A DNA stretch of 64,000 bases, taken from Somniosus microcephalus (lineage: Eukaryota). The stretch is taken from the NCBI GenBank assembly GCA_052327205.1, contig CM126209.1, positions 139,872,001 to 139,936,000 of the forward strand, in the 5' to 3' direction. The notes under the pieces are model-generated. The model was not told where the DNA came from. It did no database searches and worked only from the letters and a program-made list of their open reading frames with translations. Position 1 is the stretch's first letter. The number at the start of each line of letters is the position of its first letter. Made by a program: the position numbers and the translations under genes. Shown one piece after another: positions 38,135-51,311 of the stretch.

Positions 38135-38280
38135 AGCATTCTGAAATAAAAACTGAAAATGCTGGAAATACTCCGCAGGTCAGGCAGCACTTGTAGTGAG
38201 AGAAACAGAGTTAATGGTTTAGGTCGATGACCCGTCTTTCTGATGAAAGGTCATCGAACTGAAACGTTAACTTTGTTTCT
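38135..38280. mobile_element. Penelope-type fold-back fragment with hammerhead core
   Basis: Family sequence followed by its own inverted copy containing CTGATGA...GAAACGTTAAC (38240-38271). Confidence 0.6.
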
Positions 38281-39010
38281 ATAAATACAAGTTGTTGTTG
38301 CTGTTGTTATTGAATTTCATCTGCCATTGTGTCTGACCATTTGCAAAATGGTGTCTATATCCTTCTGTAACACACTGGCAGCTTCATCCGATTGTCCTCT
38401 CCAGTTTAGCATCAGCTGGCCCACTTACTTTACATTTCTCAGTCAAGATCATTCATGTAGCTCAGAAACATCAGGAGACCCAGCACCAATTCCTGGGACA
38501 TTCTGTTCAGTATATTTCCCAGACCAACATCACTCCTCTAAATAGTACCCAGTGGCTCTTCTCTTTAAGCCTATTCCTTATTCCAAGTTTAACCTAGAAT
38601 ACCCACTGCCTTCAGCATGTGAAGAGACTTTCATGTGGAACTTTGTCAAAAGGTTATGGGGAAGTCCAGGTGCAGTTTACTATGGGGGTTTCCAACTTCT
38701 ACTTGGAATTGTTATGTCCGTGTATAATCAGACACAGACTGCGGAGAACGGTACAAACGGTGTTTACTCAACGTGGCTCAGACTGCAACTGAACTGTACA
38801 GATTACTACTCAACGTTATATACAGGTGTGGTCACTGCTGGTACTACAGTATACATGAGCTGTAAAAAGTAGTTCTCCCCCTTAAAGGTACATACATTAC
38901 AATTCCTCCCCTTTTAGATTAACAGTACCATAACACTCATTTAACAATTAAATATCAAACTAATTACAATTAACACTTTTAACATGCAACATTAGCTGAA
39001 AATAATCTAT

Positions 39011-42002
39011 TTATAAATTCAGTCTTTGGGGAGGCTTCCTGATCCTTTCTGGATAGCGCCTTTCCCGAGTGTCTTGCTCTTGGTGCGGAGGCGATTCTGG
39101 CCCCCTGTCGTCGGTTGGTTCATCAGCTTCCGATGCTACTGTTTCTGGGGTAGATGCGACATGTACGTCGGGCTCATCACCAGGTACGTATGGGCGAGGC
39201 ATGGGGTTGACTTATTCCTGTGACTCTAGGATCTGGTCAGCATGGCGTCTCACGATGCTCTCCCCCAACGTCCACTGTGTACATTAGTGGGCCCTGCCGT
39301 GTGCATATCGTTCCTGGCTGCCATTTTTCTGTTCGGTAGTCGCAGGCCAAGACTGGTTGCCCTACATTGAAGCTCCTTGTTGGCTTCTCATGGATGTGCT
39401 GGAATTGCTTACTCTCAACATCTCTTCGTACGTTTGGTCTGAGCAAATCCAGGCGAGATCTTCACCTTCGGTTAAAGAACATCATGGCTGGGGCCTGGTT
39501 GGTGACTGCATGTGTCGCATTCCGGTAGGCGAACAGGAAATTGTCCACCTTGTGCTGCAGCGGAATGTTGTCATTGTACATAGCCTTTATTGCCTTCTTA
39601 AAGGTTTGTACAAACCTCTCAGCCAATCCATTTGTGGCTGGATGATACGGGGCGGATGTGTAATGCCTTACCCCATTCTTTTTCAAGAACCTCCGGAACT
39701 CTTCGGACACAAACTGTGGTCTGTTGTCGGAGCAAATCTGTTCTGGCGAGCCATTCCTGGCAAAAATGGTCCATAGGACTGCAATAGTTTTCTCCGTGGT
39801 GGTGGAGGACATTTTGATGACCTCAGGCCATTTCGAGTGCGCATCCACAGCTATTAAAAACATTGAGCCCATGAATGGATCAGCAAAATCAATATGCACC
39901 CGTTGCCATGGAGATGAGGGCCACTCCCATGGGTGTAGAGGGGCCTGTGGTGGTGCATTTTGGACTCCCTGGCATCCTGAGCAGCTCTTGGTCAGGTCCT
40001 CGATTTGTTTATCGATTCCCGGCCACCACACATAAGCCCTGGCTAGGCTTTTCATTTTTACCCCTCCCAGATGACCCTCATGAAACTCATTGAGCACTCT
40101 ATCCCTTAACTTGGGTGGAATTACCACTCGGGATCCACACATCAAGGTCCCCCGGCACACTGACAGCTGTTCTCTCCTTGTCGAGAATGCTGGCAACAGT
40201 GAGTCGCCATGTGCTGGCCATCCCTTCACCATCAAATCATATACCCGAGACAGTGTCGGGTCATTTCGGGTTTCCTTTTCGATACAAGCGTTAGTTACCG
40301 GTAGGTATTCAACTATAGTCGAATGGAATATTTCGACAGGATCCACTGCTGGTGCTTCCTCCGCAGTAGGCAGTGACAGGCGTGATAGCCCATCAGCATT
40401 TCCATGCTGTTTTGTGCCCTTATATTCAATCTCATAGTGGTGCGCCCCTAGAAAAAGTGACCATCTTTGTAGTCGTTGCGCAGTCATCACCGGAACGCCC
40501 TTCTTTGGATTAAAAATGGAGACAAGAGGCTGGTGATCAGTCAGCAAGGTGAATTTCTGCCCGTGCAGATAGTGATTGAACTTTTTCACTCCCCACACTA
40601 GGCTGAGGGCCTCCCTGTCAATCTGGGCGTAGTTACGCTCGGCTGAGGTTAGTGATCGTGACGCAAAGGCTATTGGCCTCTCTCAGCCGTCCGAGAATTT
40701 GTGCGACAGCACCGCTCCAATGCCGTAGGGTGACGCATCACATGCCAACCGAATTGGTAATGCTGGGTTGTAATGGGCCAATACCTCTTTCGATGTGATT
40801 AGTGTTTTGCTCTTCTGGAAAGCTCGTCTACATTCGTCACTCCACTTCCATGGCACCCCAGTTTGCAGTAGGGTGTTCAGTGGGTGTAGTATTGTAGACA
40901 AATTTGGCAAGAACTTATGGTAGTAGTTTACCAGCCCGAGGAACGACTGCAGTTGTGACACATTTTCCGGTGCTGGAGCCTTGACTACAGCCTCAATCTT
41001 CTCTGGGGGCTTATGTAACCCCTCTTTATCGATAACGTGGCCACAATACGAGATCTGTTATCTAAAACACTCGCATTTGGGGCGGTTAGCTCGGAGCCCA
41101 TATTCCTGCAATCTAGTGAGCGCCTGCTCCAGGTTGGCAAGGTGATCACTGTCATTTTCACCCGTGACCAGGATGTCGTCCAAATAACACTGGGTCCCTG
41201 GGATCCCTTGCAGGACTTGTTCCATTGCCCTCTGCCAAATAGCCGGAGCTGATGCTACCCCAAATACCAGCCGGTTGTATTGGTAGAGACCTTTATGGGT
41301 GTTGATTTTGAGGTATTTTTTTGATGCTTCTTCTACCTCCATTTGCAGATACGCCTGGGCCAGATCAATCTTAGTGAAGCCTTTCCCTCCAGATAGCGAG
41401 GCGAAAATATCTTCAATCCGCGGAAGTGGATATTGTACGGTGTGAAGGACCGGGTTCACTGTTACCTTAAAGTCCCCACAGATGCGAACCTTCCTTGGTT
41501 CCCCAGGCGTGCTGCTCAACGACTTTTTCATCACAGCGACGATGGGTGTAGCCCACTCGCTCCAGTCTACCTTGGACAGTACACCCGAACGTTCCAGACT
41601 CTCCAGCTCTGCTTCGACGGCTGGGCGGATCGCATAAGGTCTGGCCTTAAAAAATTTTGGACTTGCGTTTTCTTCAATTTCAATAGTCGCTGTTATGCCT
41701 TTTAGTGTTCCGAGTCCTTGCTGGAACACTTCTTTCGCGTCAGTTAGGATCTTTGACAGTCGCTCAGGTGTGACGTCGTCATCCTTTTTGTCAGCCACAG
41801 TCAGTGCCTGTATGGAATGCCAATCCAGTTGTATTTTCCGGATCCATTCACATCCCAGTAATGGTGGTCCTCCATCTTGCAATACATACAGGTCTAGTTT
41901 TGGTGTTTCCTTACCGTTATATATAACGGTCACCCTTATTTTTCCTTTGGGGTAGACTTTTTGCCCCGTGTACGTCTTCAAAATAATTTTTGTGTCTCTC
42001 AA
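39011..42002 (-). pseudogene. Gypsy-1 pol remnants (RT, RNase H, integrase)
   Basis: YLDD in 41058-42002; ACDASPYGIG in 40683-40961; HHCC zinc finger and integrase core (WQRVHIDF, TNGLAERFV) in 39462-40598. Confidence 0.93.
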
Positions 42003-42032
42003 GGGTATATATGAGAATAGCCGCTCATAGTC

Positions 42033-42957
42033 CTATCGGTTTATGACTGTTAGGGCTGATCCTGTGTCCAATTCCACCTTTACCTGGACTCCTGCTATCT
42101 TGAGAGTGACACAAATGGTTTGGTGATCCTCTGTTGTGATCACATTATGTAGTTTCAAACAACTCAGTTCCCTGCTTTTGGAGTCATTATCACTCTTTTG
42201 TTCGTCTGAACTATTCTCTGTTGTCTTATGTACCTTCTTGTACTTTTCTTTGGTCGGTTTCTTATTGCTGGTTTTCTTTCCCGACCTGCAGACTCGTGCT
42301 ATGTGTCCTACTTTTCCACACTGTCTGCACACTTTGTCTTTGAACCAGCAATCATTCTGGTCATGTGTTGTTCTGCCGCAGCGATAGCACTTCTCTGTTC
42401 CATATGACATTTCGTTTGTGCCATATTCTTGCGGTCTCTGTTGTATCTCTGCAGAGCCCCGTGCTGCTGCTTCATATGATACAGCAATGCTGAAAGCCTT
42501 TTCCAGCGTAAGGTCCTTTTCAGATAAAAGCCGTTTCTGGGTTCCTTCACTTTGAAGCCCACACACAAACTTGTCCCTTAAAGTATCTGCTAGTCCCGTT
42601 GCAAACTGGCAGTGTTTCGATAGCTTGCGCAGTTCCGTTAAATACTCAGCATTACTTTCATCTTTATGCTGGTTCCTTTTGTGAAACTTAAATCTTTCTG
42701 CTATCAGCAGCGGTGTGGGGTTTAAGTGGTCCTGTAGGATTGACACTGTTTTCAAAATCCTTTCCTACTGGCTTCTCTGGGGTTACTAGGTTTCGTAGTA
42801 AGCCATACGCTTTTGCACCCATTGAATTCAACAATACCAGCACTTTCTTGTCATCTGGCACTTCATTTGCCTTGCAGTATACTTCTATGCGTTCGACATA
42901 TGTCGTCCAATCTTCGACTTCATTGTCGAACGCTGTGATACTGCCACTCTTTGGCAT
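42033..42957 (-). pseudogene. Gypsy-1 gag/protease, frameshifted
   Basis: Two CCHC knuckles (CYRCGRTTHDQNDC, CRQCGKVGHIARVC) and protease motif LDTG. Confidence 0.92.
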
Positions 42958-45900
42958 TTTTGGGTGTGGTTAGACTGGCTTAAAATGGCGTCTCCCGCGC
43001 TTTCCTTTCTTCCCCGCTGCGGCTTAAAATGGTGTCTCCCGCGCTGCTGCCAACGCCGCTCTCAGCGGTCCTCGTGGCAAATGGCGACGCCCTGTGGGTT
43101 TCGCGCGCTGCTCCTGCGCTGCTGCCAACGCCGCTCTCTGCGGTCCTCGTGGCAATGGCAGCGCCTCGTGTTTTCCTGCGCGCCTCTCTCCCCCGTTGAT
43201 GCTGCTCGGCCCTTGAACACCGGCTGCGCTCTGCTCTCTCTCGTCTCTCTCCCCCGTTGACGCCGCTCGGTACTGAACACCGGCTGCGCCCTGTGCGCTC
43301 TGCCCTCTTTCTCTCCCCCGTCGACGCTGCTCGGCCTTTTTCTGTGCCGCTCAGTCGGGCTCTAGCCCGCCGCTGTCCGGGAAGGGTCTGCGCAGTACCT
43401 GTTGCCAGCCCGTTTCGCTGGACCACCGTGACTGGAAAGCCAAGCCTGGCTCTCGACAGCCTCCCCTGCGATGCTCAAATCTCCGCTGGATGACTGGGTG
43501 GTTGCCCGTGGTCGACGCCCGTGCTTCTGGACTCTACCTTCTTCCACTGTTCTCCAGGAGCGAATCCCTGGGAGGTGATGCAGAGTTGTAGGTAGGTTCG
43601 AATCTGCCTCGTCGCCACTGTTATGTCCGTGTATAATCAGACACAGACTGCGGAGAATGGTACAAACGGTGTTTACTCAACGTGGCTCAGACTGCAACTG
43701 AACTGTACAGATTACTACTCAACGTTATATACAGGTGTGGTCACTGCCGGTACTACAGTATACATGAGCTGTATAAAGTAGTTCTCCCCCTTAAAGGTAC
43801 ATACATTACAGGAATATTACTTCCTTTAAAAAAAAATATCAAGGAGATTAGTGATGCAGGATCTGACCCTTCCAAAACTATGTTGATTGCCAGTTATAGG
43901 TTATTTTCATATGGATACTCTTCAGGGTTGTTCCAAATGATCAATTCCATTTTGTTTTGTTAGCTACTGATCTGAGACTAATGGTGTTGCAGTTACCTGG
44001 GTTCATTTTATTGCCTTTCTTGTTTCCAATCCAATGTGACCTCCACCATGTTCATTGACTCCCTCATTATGACTGTCAGCACTTTAGATTTAATTCCTGG
44101 TCTCACTTAATGCCCTCAGCTATATAGCAACCACACCTGAGGATTTCTTGGTGTTTAGTCCTTGAAACCTGTCAAGGACATCAGTGATATCAGTCATTGG
44201 AACCACCTATGATGGGTGGCACAGTAGTAAGTGACTTTTCTAGTGAATACTTCCAGGAAACAATCATTTAGCATATCAACTGTTTTTAGTTCAGCTCCGT
44301 TTTAAGCCTGTTTGCAGGGCTCTCAATTCTTCTTCAATAACCTTTTTGTTGTACTGCAAGAATTTCTTACTGTTGCATTTGGCTCCTCATTTCTACTTCT
44401 CTCTGACCATCTGACCACCTATTTTACCTTGTTTCAAAGGGTCTGGCATTCTCCTCGTGATTTCCCTCATTTTTCTCCTTACAGCCTTTGTAGACATTGT
44501 TTTTCTTGCTTATTTATCTCTTATTAATCAGCTTAGGGTCATGTTTGTTCAATCTGCACTTCTTAATCCTTGGTGTATGTTTCTCCTGCATGCACAGTGG
44601 TAGGTCTTTTTAAAGGTATTCCATTTGACCTCAACTGAAGTTTTCTTGAGTGCTCTCCCTGTTCATCTTTTTATGCTCTTCCTTCATTGCCATAAAGCTG
44701 TCCCTTTCAAAGTTGTAATGGTTTTGGGCATTGATTATCCCAGATCATGTCAAATTAAATCATGTTCTGGTCACTGTTGCCCAGGGATGCCAATGCTTCC
44801 ACCCCCAGTATGCAATCTGGCTCACTTACAATGGTGCAGTCAAGATGCAAGTTATTTAACACACAGGGTCGGAGAGCAGTTATGCATTACATTCACTAGC
44901 TCAGATTCGACATTATTTAGGCATTCCCAGTTTATATTTGTTTGATTAGCAGCGTGGTGTCAAATACCGTAAGCACTGCCAGGTCATCGTGTTTATACCT
45001 GGGGTTGTCCCCATTCTCTATGCAGCTGTTTCTTTAAATATTGGTGACCTTTGTACGGTCTGCATCTAAAAACCATTCCCACAATGCAGCACCAAGAGCT
45101 GTTTTTACATTGGCCTTGCTCCAACTTGGATTCTGGGAGAGCAGCTCCCAATGTTTACACTAAACCCAGCTCCCTTATCCTGGCGGCAGATCGTAAACGA
45201 TGAGAAACTACGAGTCTGCAGTGGGGACAAGTGTAAAGGCTGGGAGCAAGCCCAAGGACACCCGGCTCCCCGGAATCCAAACTAAAACGAGCTTATGAAT
45301 CTGAGTAACTCGGACAACTGGGGCTTTCACACCTGGGTCCCTCCTCAAGAACACACTTTGGAAAGTTTCAATAACACTGGGAAGTCAGGGCTTGGTGGGG
45401 AGGTTCCACAAAGATTTATTTGTTCAAACGTTTCATTGAAAGATAAGGATAACATTTCAGTGCGCTGTAAAAATCTCAGTCTGAGGGGCCTGTGTGACAG
45501 CGAAGTTTAGCACATTCCTCTGTGACAGGGGTTTGAGTTTCAGCCTGCAAGGAGGGATCTCTAGGTGCATTTGCATTTTATGTTTCTGCAGTGTGGGTCA
45601 TTGGAGACCAATTTCCTTGTGCTGGCTCCCCATGTTTACATCACAAAAATGAAATGTGGGTCTTTGATTTTTTTCCTGTCGGGATAAGGGAGCCGGCTTT
45701 AGCAATGGAAACCAAAGTGGCCGATAATAGCCTGCTCATCACAAACCGAGTCAAACCTGGGGCCTTTCTGGTTCAGCAGCACAGTCATTTTCACTTAAAA
45801 CCATTTGGGTTACTTAAGATGAGGGTGGGGTAGAAGTGGGAGCAAATTCAGCCAGGTTTCCAATCCCATTACCATCCAGTGACTGGGATGTTTGGAGAGG

Positions 45901-46673
45901 GTAGGACTGGGCTTGCCTGTGATGCACCCCCACTGTTGAATGCCCAGCCAAATCTCACCGTCTAGACCAAGACGTGATGATTGGTTGCTCGAGCGAGATG
46001 CGGCACACTGCTGGTGCCCTTGGCACTGTAACCCAGCACAAGTCATTATCACCAGGAGAGGAAGAGATCAAAAAAATAAATATATATACAGTATATATAT
46101 ATATATATATACAATTCCTTTAAAACTGAGCCCAAACTTTTAATGACACAGTCCGGAAACTCATGGAATCTCTGCTCCATCTATCCAATATGGTTAACGA
46201 CCCCATAGCTAAACTGGGTAGTCATTGAAGCTTCGTTCTCTCTGATAAGACTTCTGGGAACTGGGCTAATTTTTTACACAAATCCAACACAAATCATCCA
46301 GAGCGACAGTGTCCCTTTAGGAATGGGTGCGTGATTTCTCACTGAAATTCCGAGCCTGCCGGAGACAGGTGTCCGGATCCCGGGACAGCTGTGGCCGTTG
46401 ACAGACTTACTGATAATATTGTGCTCCACATTCCAAAACAACGCTCTCTCTGAAAACGAGTCACTCTGTAGCTGCAAGGCCCGGCAGGAGTCTGAATCGA
46501 CAGCATGTCAGCTTGTGATGTTTTTAACGCCAGATTAAATGAGTTGTTTGCTTTAACAGTCGGGGGGCTATTGCTTCTACAGGCAGTTTCTCCTTATCTT
46601 GAGGAAACTGCGATGGTGGTCAAGAATCCTCGGTGAAGGGTAATTGGCCAAAGCCCACAGTGCAGGATGCCAC

Positions 46674-49600
46674 TCTTATGTTCATTAATAAATAGACATT
46701 CTTATTATGAACACAGCTAGCTTTTGCTAGACACTTTTATTGAGCACATGTGGACTAGGTACAGTATCTGTAGAGGCTTCCATCTTGACTGCTGCCTTGT
46801 GGGTAGCCTAGTGCCTCATGGGTAGTGTAGTCTTATACATACAGCTATATACAGCTCTACACAGCTCTGCGGCTCCACCTAGTGTCCACTATAGAATGAC
46901 ACGTTATTGATCATTACATCCCCCTTTCTTTGAGGTTTAACAAAATCAATATCAATCAACTTTCAAGAAAACAATAAAGATAATATCAGTAACACTTTTG
47001 TTAGTGCTCTATAAACATAAACATTTTCAAAACAGTCAACACATTTTCAAAGCTTTACATTGTACTCAAAGATTAAGTCTATCAGGCTCTTTTACTTCAC
47101 ATGTGGATCTTCTCAACACGGGTAAGTCTGATGTGTCTTCATGAGATTGTTCTGGCGGTGAATGACAAGATACAGTTGCGGCATTGTCCTCAATCTGGTC
47201 TTGAATAGTCTCTTGTGTTTTTAGGTGGGAACGGCGGTTCCTCCTGAGAATCTGTCCTTCCTCAGTTCTAACAGTGTATGACCTTGGTCCTACTTCCTCA
47301 AGAATTGTAGCTTTCCTGTTCCGTGCATCTGGATCCTCAATCCTGACAACATCATCCCTTGTCAATGGTTTTAGAGTTTTGGATGACTTGTCATAGTATG
47401 ATTTCTGTTTCAGCTTTAACAGTTGAAGTCTCTGTCTCAGTTCCTCACTTTGCTGTTCTTTTGCACAGCAGGGTAGCGTGGTGCGCAACTTGCGACCCAT
47501 TAGTAGTTCAGCAGGTGAAGAACCACAGTCTAAAGGTGAGGCTCGGTAGCTCAGCAGGGCGAGATAAGGATCGGACTTGCTTTCTGTCGCTTTCTTCAGT
47601 AGCTGCATGAGAACTTGAACACCTTTCTCTGCCTTACCATTTGACTGAACATACAACGGACTGGATGTGATGTGCTGAAAGTCATAATGTGCTGCAAACT
47701 GTTGCCACTCCTTACAGTTGAAGCACGGACCATTGTCGCTAACGGCAATCCTGGGAATTCCATGTCTGGCGAAGATGGATTTCACATGCATTATGACACT
47801 GCTTGCTGTGGTGCTTGAGAGCAGCGCCATCTCAGGATAGTTAGAATAGTAGTCAATCACTATTAGATAGTCTTTACCATTTTAAATGAAAAAGGTCCAT
47901 ACCAACCTTTTGCCATGCTGCTGTTGGTATGTCAGCTATTATCATTGGTTCCTTTGCTTGTTTGTTTTGGTGTTTCTGACATGTCTCACATTTGCCTATC
48001 ATGTTCTCAATGTCCTTATTTATGCCAGGCCAATAAACAGTGTCTCTTGCTCTCCTTTTGCATTTTTCAATTCCGAGGTGTCCCTCATGAATCCTTTTGA
48101 GCATGTCTTGACGTAGAGCCTGTGGAATGACTATTCTGTTCTGTTTTAGTAATAGTCCACTTGCGACACTCAATTCTGACCTTATGTGAAAATATTTTGG
48201 ACAGGAACCTTTTGGCCAACCATGATGAATGTTCTCTATTACTGTTTGTAATACTGTATCTTTTACTGTTTCTTCTGCTATTTGCTTTGATTTTGTGTCT
48301 GACACGGGCAGCGCAGCAGTGACCATACTCACATGAACATCCACGTCTTCTTCAGTAGAGCTCACATGACTCATTGTGGGTGCTCGGGATAGTGCATCTG
48401 CTAACACTATGTATTTGCCTGGTGTGTAGATCAGTTCAAAGTCATATCTTTGCAGCTTCATCATGAGTCGTTGAATCCTTGGAGACATCTCATTCAGATT
48501 TTTTTTTATGATGGCAACTAGAGGGCTGTGGTCTGTCTCAACTGTGAAGGTGGGAAGTCCATATATGTAGCCATGAAACTTTTCTAGTCCAACTACCAAG
48601 CCTAGACATTCCTTTTTAATCTGGGCGTATCGACACTCCGTATCAGTCATAGACCTGGAGGCATAGGCAACAGGCTTCCAATCTTCACCCTCTGCTTGTA
48701 GCAAGACCGCACCTAGGCCATCTTTTGATGCATCCATTGACACTTTGATTCTTTTTGTTGGGTCAAAGAAGGTGAGTACAGGTGTGGTTGTCAGCACTGT
48801 TTTGAGGTTTATCCACTCTTGTTCATGTCTTTCTGTCCATGCGAACTCATTTGTTTTATGTAGCAGGTCTCGCAGACAGGCTGTCTTGGCTGACAAGTTA
48901 GGAATGAACTTTCCAATGAAGTTTATCATCCCCATGATGCGTAGCACTCCTTTTTTTGTCAGTGGGTCAGGGCATGTTGAGTATGGCATTTACTTTTTCC
49001 ATATCTGGCTCTATTCCTTTACCAGATAGATTATCTCCTAGGAAAGTGACTTCCTGGACGCCAAACTGACACTTGGCTTTGTTGAGCTTCAGTCCATTCC
49101 GGCGTATGCTCTGTAGCACTTTAGTCAGTCTCTCATTGTGTTCTTTCAGTGTGGAGCCCCAGATGATGATGTCATCAACATAGACCCGAACTCCTTCCAG
49201 ACCTTCAATTATGTGTTCCATCGCTCTATGAAAGATTTCAGATGCAGATATTATCCCGAAAGGCATTCTGAGGAAACAATACCTGCCAAATGGTGTGTTG
49301 AAGGTACAGTATTTGGTGCTCTCTTCATCCAGTTTTAGTTGCCAAAATCCTTGTGAGGCATCTGACATTTCACTGGTGATTTCTTCTCGCTTGGGAATCT
49401 GGTAGTGTTCACGTTTTATGTTTGCATTTAAGTCCTTTGGATCCATGCATATTCTTAGATCATTGTTCTTTTCCTTTACACGTACCATGGAGTTAACCCA
49501 GTCTGTTGGCTCTTCGACTTTCCTGATGACTCCTAGTGTGGTTATTCTGTCCAGTTCATTCTTGAGCCGGTCACGCAGGGGTGCTGGAACTCTTCGTGGA

Positions 49601-51251
49601 GCATGTACCACTGGCTGAGCATCCTGCTTTAGCTGGATCTTGTAAGTGAATGGTAGAACTCCAAATCCTTTGAACACATCCTGGAAATTATTCACTACAG
49701 AATCCACCGAGTCATCTGGTCTGCTTATGGCACAGTTTATACGGTAGACTCTCTTGACCAGTTCTAAGTCCTCACAAGCTTTGTCACCCAGTAGTGAATC
49801 AAGCCTTTCAGCCACAACAGAAAACATGAGATGATGCACTTTGTCTTTGACTGTCACTTTAAGTCTGCATACACCTAAGCTATCTATTTTCTGTCCATTA
49901 TAGTCCTTCAGTAGTACTGGCTTTTTCTGTATTTTTGGGCTTTTCTTTCATATTGTTAATGTCACTCATACTGATTAAGTTTGCTTTTGCCCCAGTGTCT
50001 AGTTTCAATGTAACTAATGCTCCATTTACCTGCAGTGGGATCATCCATTTGTCCTCTTTTACTGCATTAACTTTATGTTCAACATTGTCCATTTCTGAGG
50101 GCTGCACATTTTCTGTATCCTTTTTGATATTGTCACATGACACCATTCCTACAAAAAATGTCTCACTTAAATCAGTGTCCTCAATTACATTAACTCGTTG
50201 CCCTTTCTTAGTTTGTACTTTTGAAAAGCATTGTTTGGCAAAGTGATTCTTTCCATTACACTGTGCACATTTTTTCAAACGCTGGGCATTGTCTTAACTG
50301 GTGTTTGTAACCACAGCGTTTACAATTTAAAAATTCATCCTCCGATTGCTTTTCATTTCTGTTCTGCCCATGTTTCTTCCCCTTATAGGACACAGCACCG
50401 ACAGCGGCATTATCACTCATTACAATCGCATCATTATTGATTTCACTGAAAGTCTTCGCGTGCTTTCGAGCTAGCTCGCTGGCTTGGCATATTTTCACCA
50501 CATTTTCCAAATTTAGTTCGGTTTCTCTCAACAGACGTTCCCTGACTTTTTTATCATGAATACCAAACACAATCTGGTCACGAATCATGGATGCTTTGAG
50601 CTCAGAGAAATTACATGTCTGTGCTTTCAGTTTCAGATCAGTTATAAAGCTATCAAAAGTCTCATTTTGCTGCTGTGTCTGAGAACAGAAGATGTATCTT
50701 TCGTAGGTCTCATTCTTTTTGGGAGAGCAATGTGCATCAAATTTTTTTAGCACATCTTCTAATTTTTCTCTGTTCTCCTCTGGATTAAATACAAATGTAT
50801 TAAATACCTCTATCGCCTGTGGGCCTGCAACCGTAAGCAGCAATGCTATCTTCCTTGCGTCTGGCTTCGTACCGAATCCAATGGCTGCAATGTAGAGTTC
50901 GAATTGTTGTTTAAAAGTCTGCCAATTGTAGTCGATTTTTCCTGTGAGTTTCAAACGCTCTGGTGGCTTCAAATTCTCCATTTCGCTTTTCACAATTTTC
51001 AGCAGATCTTCACCATCCTGGTACCATCTTATGTTCATTAATAAATAGACATTCTTATTATGAACACAGCTAGCTTTTGCTAGACACTTTTATTGAGCAC
51101 ATGTGGACTAGGTACTGTATCTGTAGAGGCTTCCATCTTGACTGCAGCCTTGTGGGTAGCCTAGTGCCTCATGGGTAGTGTAGTCTTATACATACAGCTC
51201 TACGGCTCCACCTAGTGTCCACTATAGAATGACATGTTATTGATCATTACA
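46674..51251 (-). mobile_element. Full-length Ty3/Gypsy LTR retrotransposon, Gypsy-2, decayed
   Basis: LTRs at 46674-46918 and 51027-51251. 5-bp TSD GCCAC. PBS TGGTACCAGGA (tRNA-Leu-like) and PPT AAAGAAAGGGGGA. Confidence 0.97.
47066..50981 (-). pseudogene. Gypsy-2 gag-pol, multiple frameshifts and an RT deletion
   Basis: Gag from MENLKPP; CCHC knuckles; LDTG; YVDD; DASKDGLG; HEGHLG..C; SDNGPCF/SNGKAE. Segment missing before DASQGFWQ. Confidence 0.93.
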
Positions 51252-51311
51252 GCCACCAAGTTTGGAAAGAGGTAAAGAGATTAAGTGAATTAGGGAATAA
51301 TGATTAAGTAT

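Larger units (their letters stand above)
38710..43810 (-). mobile_element. Full-length Ty3/Gypsy LTR retrotransposon (Mag-like), Gypsy-1, inactivated by frameshifts and stops
   Basis: 192-bp LTRs at 38710-38901 and 43619-43810 (TG...CA, 3 differences seen). 5-bp TSD GGAAT. PBS TGGCGACGAGG and PPT AAAGGGGAGGAAT. Domain order gag-PR-RT-RH-IN. Confidence 0.97.
38300..44790 (-). mobile_element. Old, highly decayed CR1-like LINE split by Gypsy-1 (parts ~38300-38705 and ~43815-44790)
   Basis: Degenerate antisense CR1 motifs (actttgtcaaaag.. = AFDKV; catgttctggtcactgttgcccagg ~ LGNSDH-like) on both sides of the insertion. Confidence 0.5.

Noticed and set aside
45591-45833. EGF-like exon (GDQFPCAGSPCLH) after a good acceptor
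   Set aside because: The remaining EGF cysteines are absent and I found no convincing donor.
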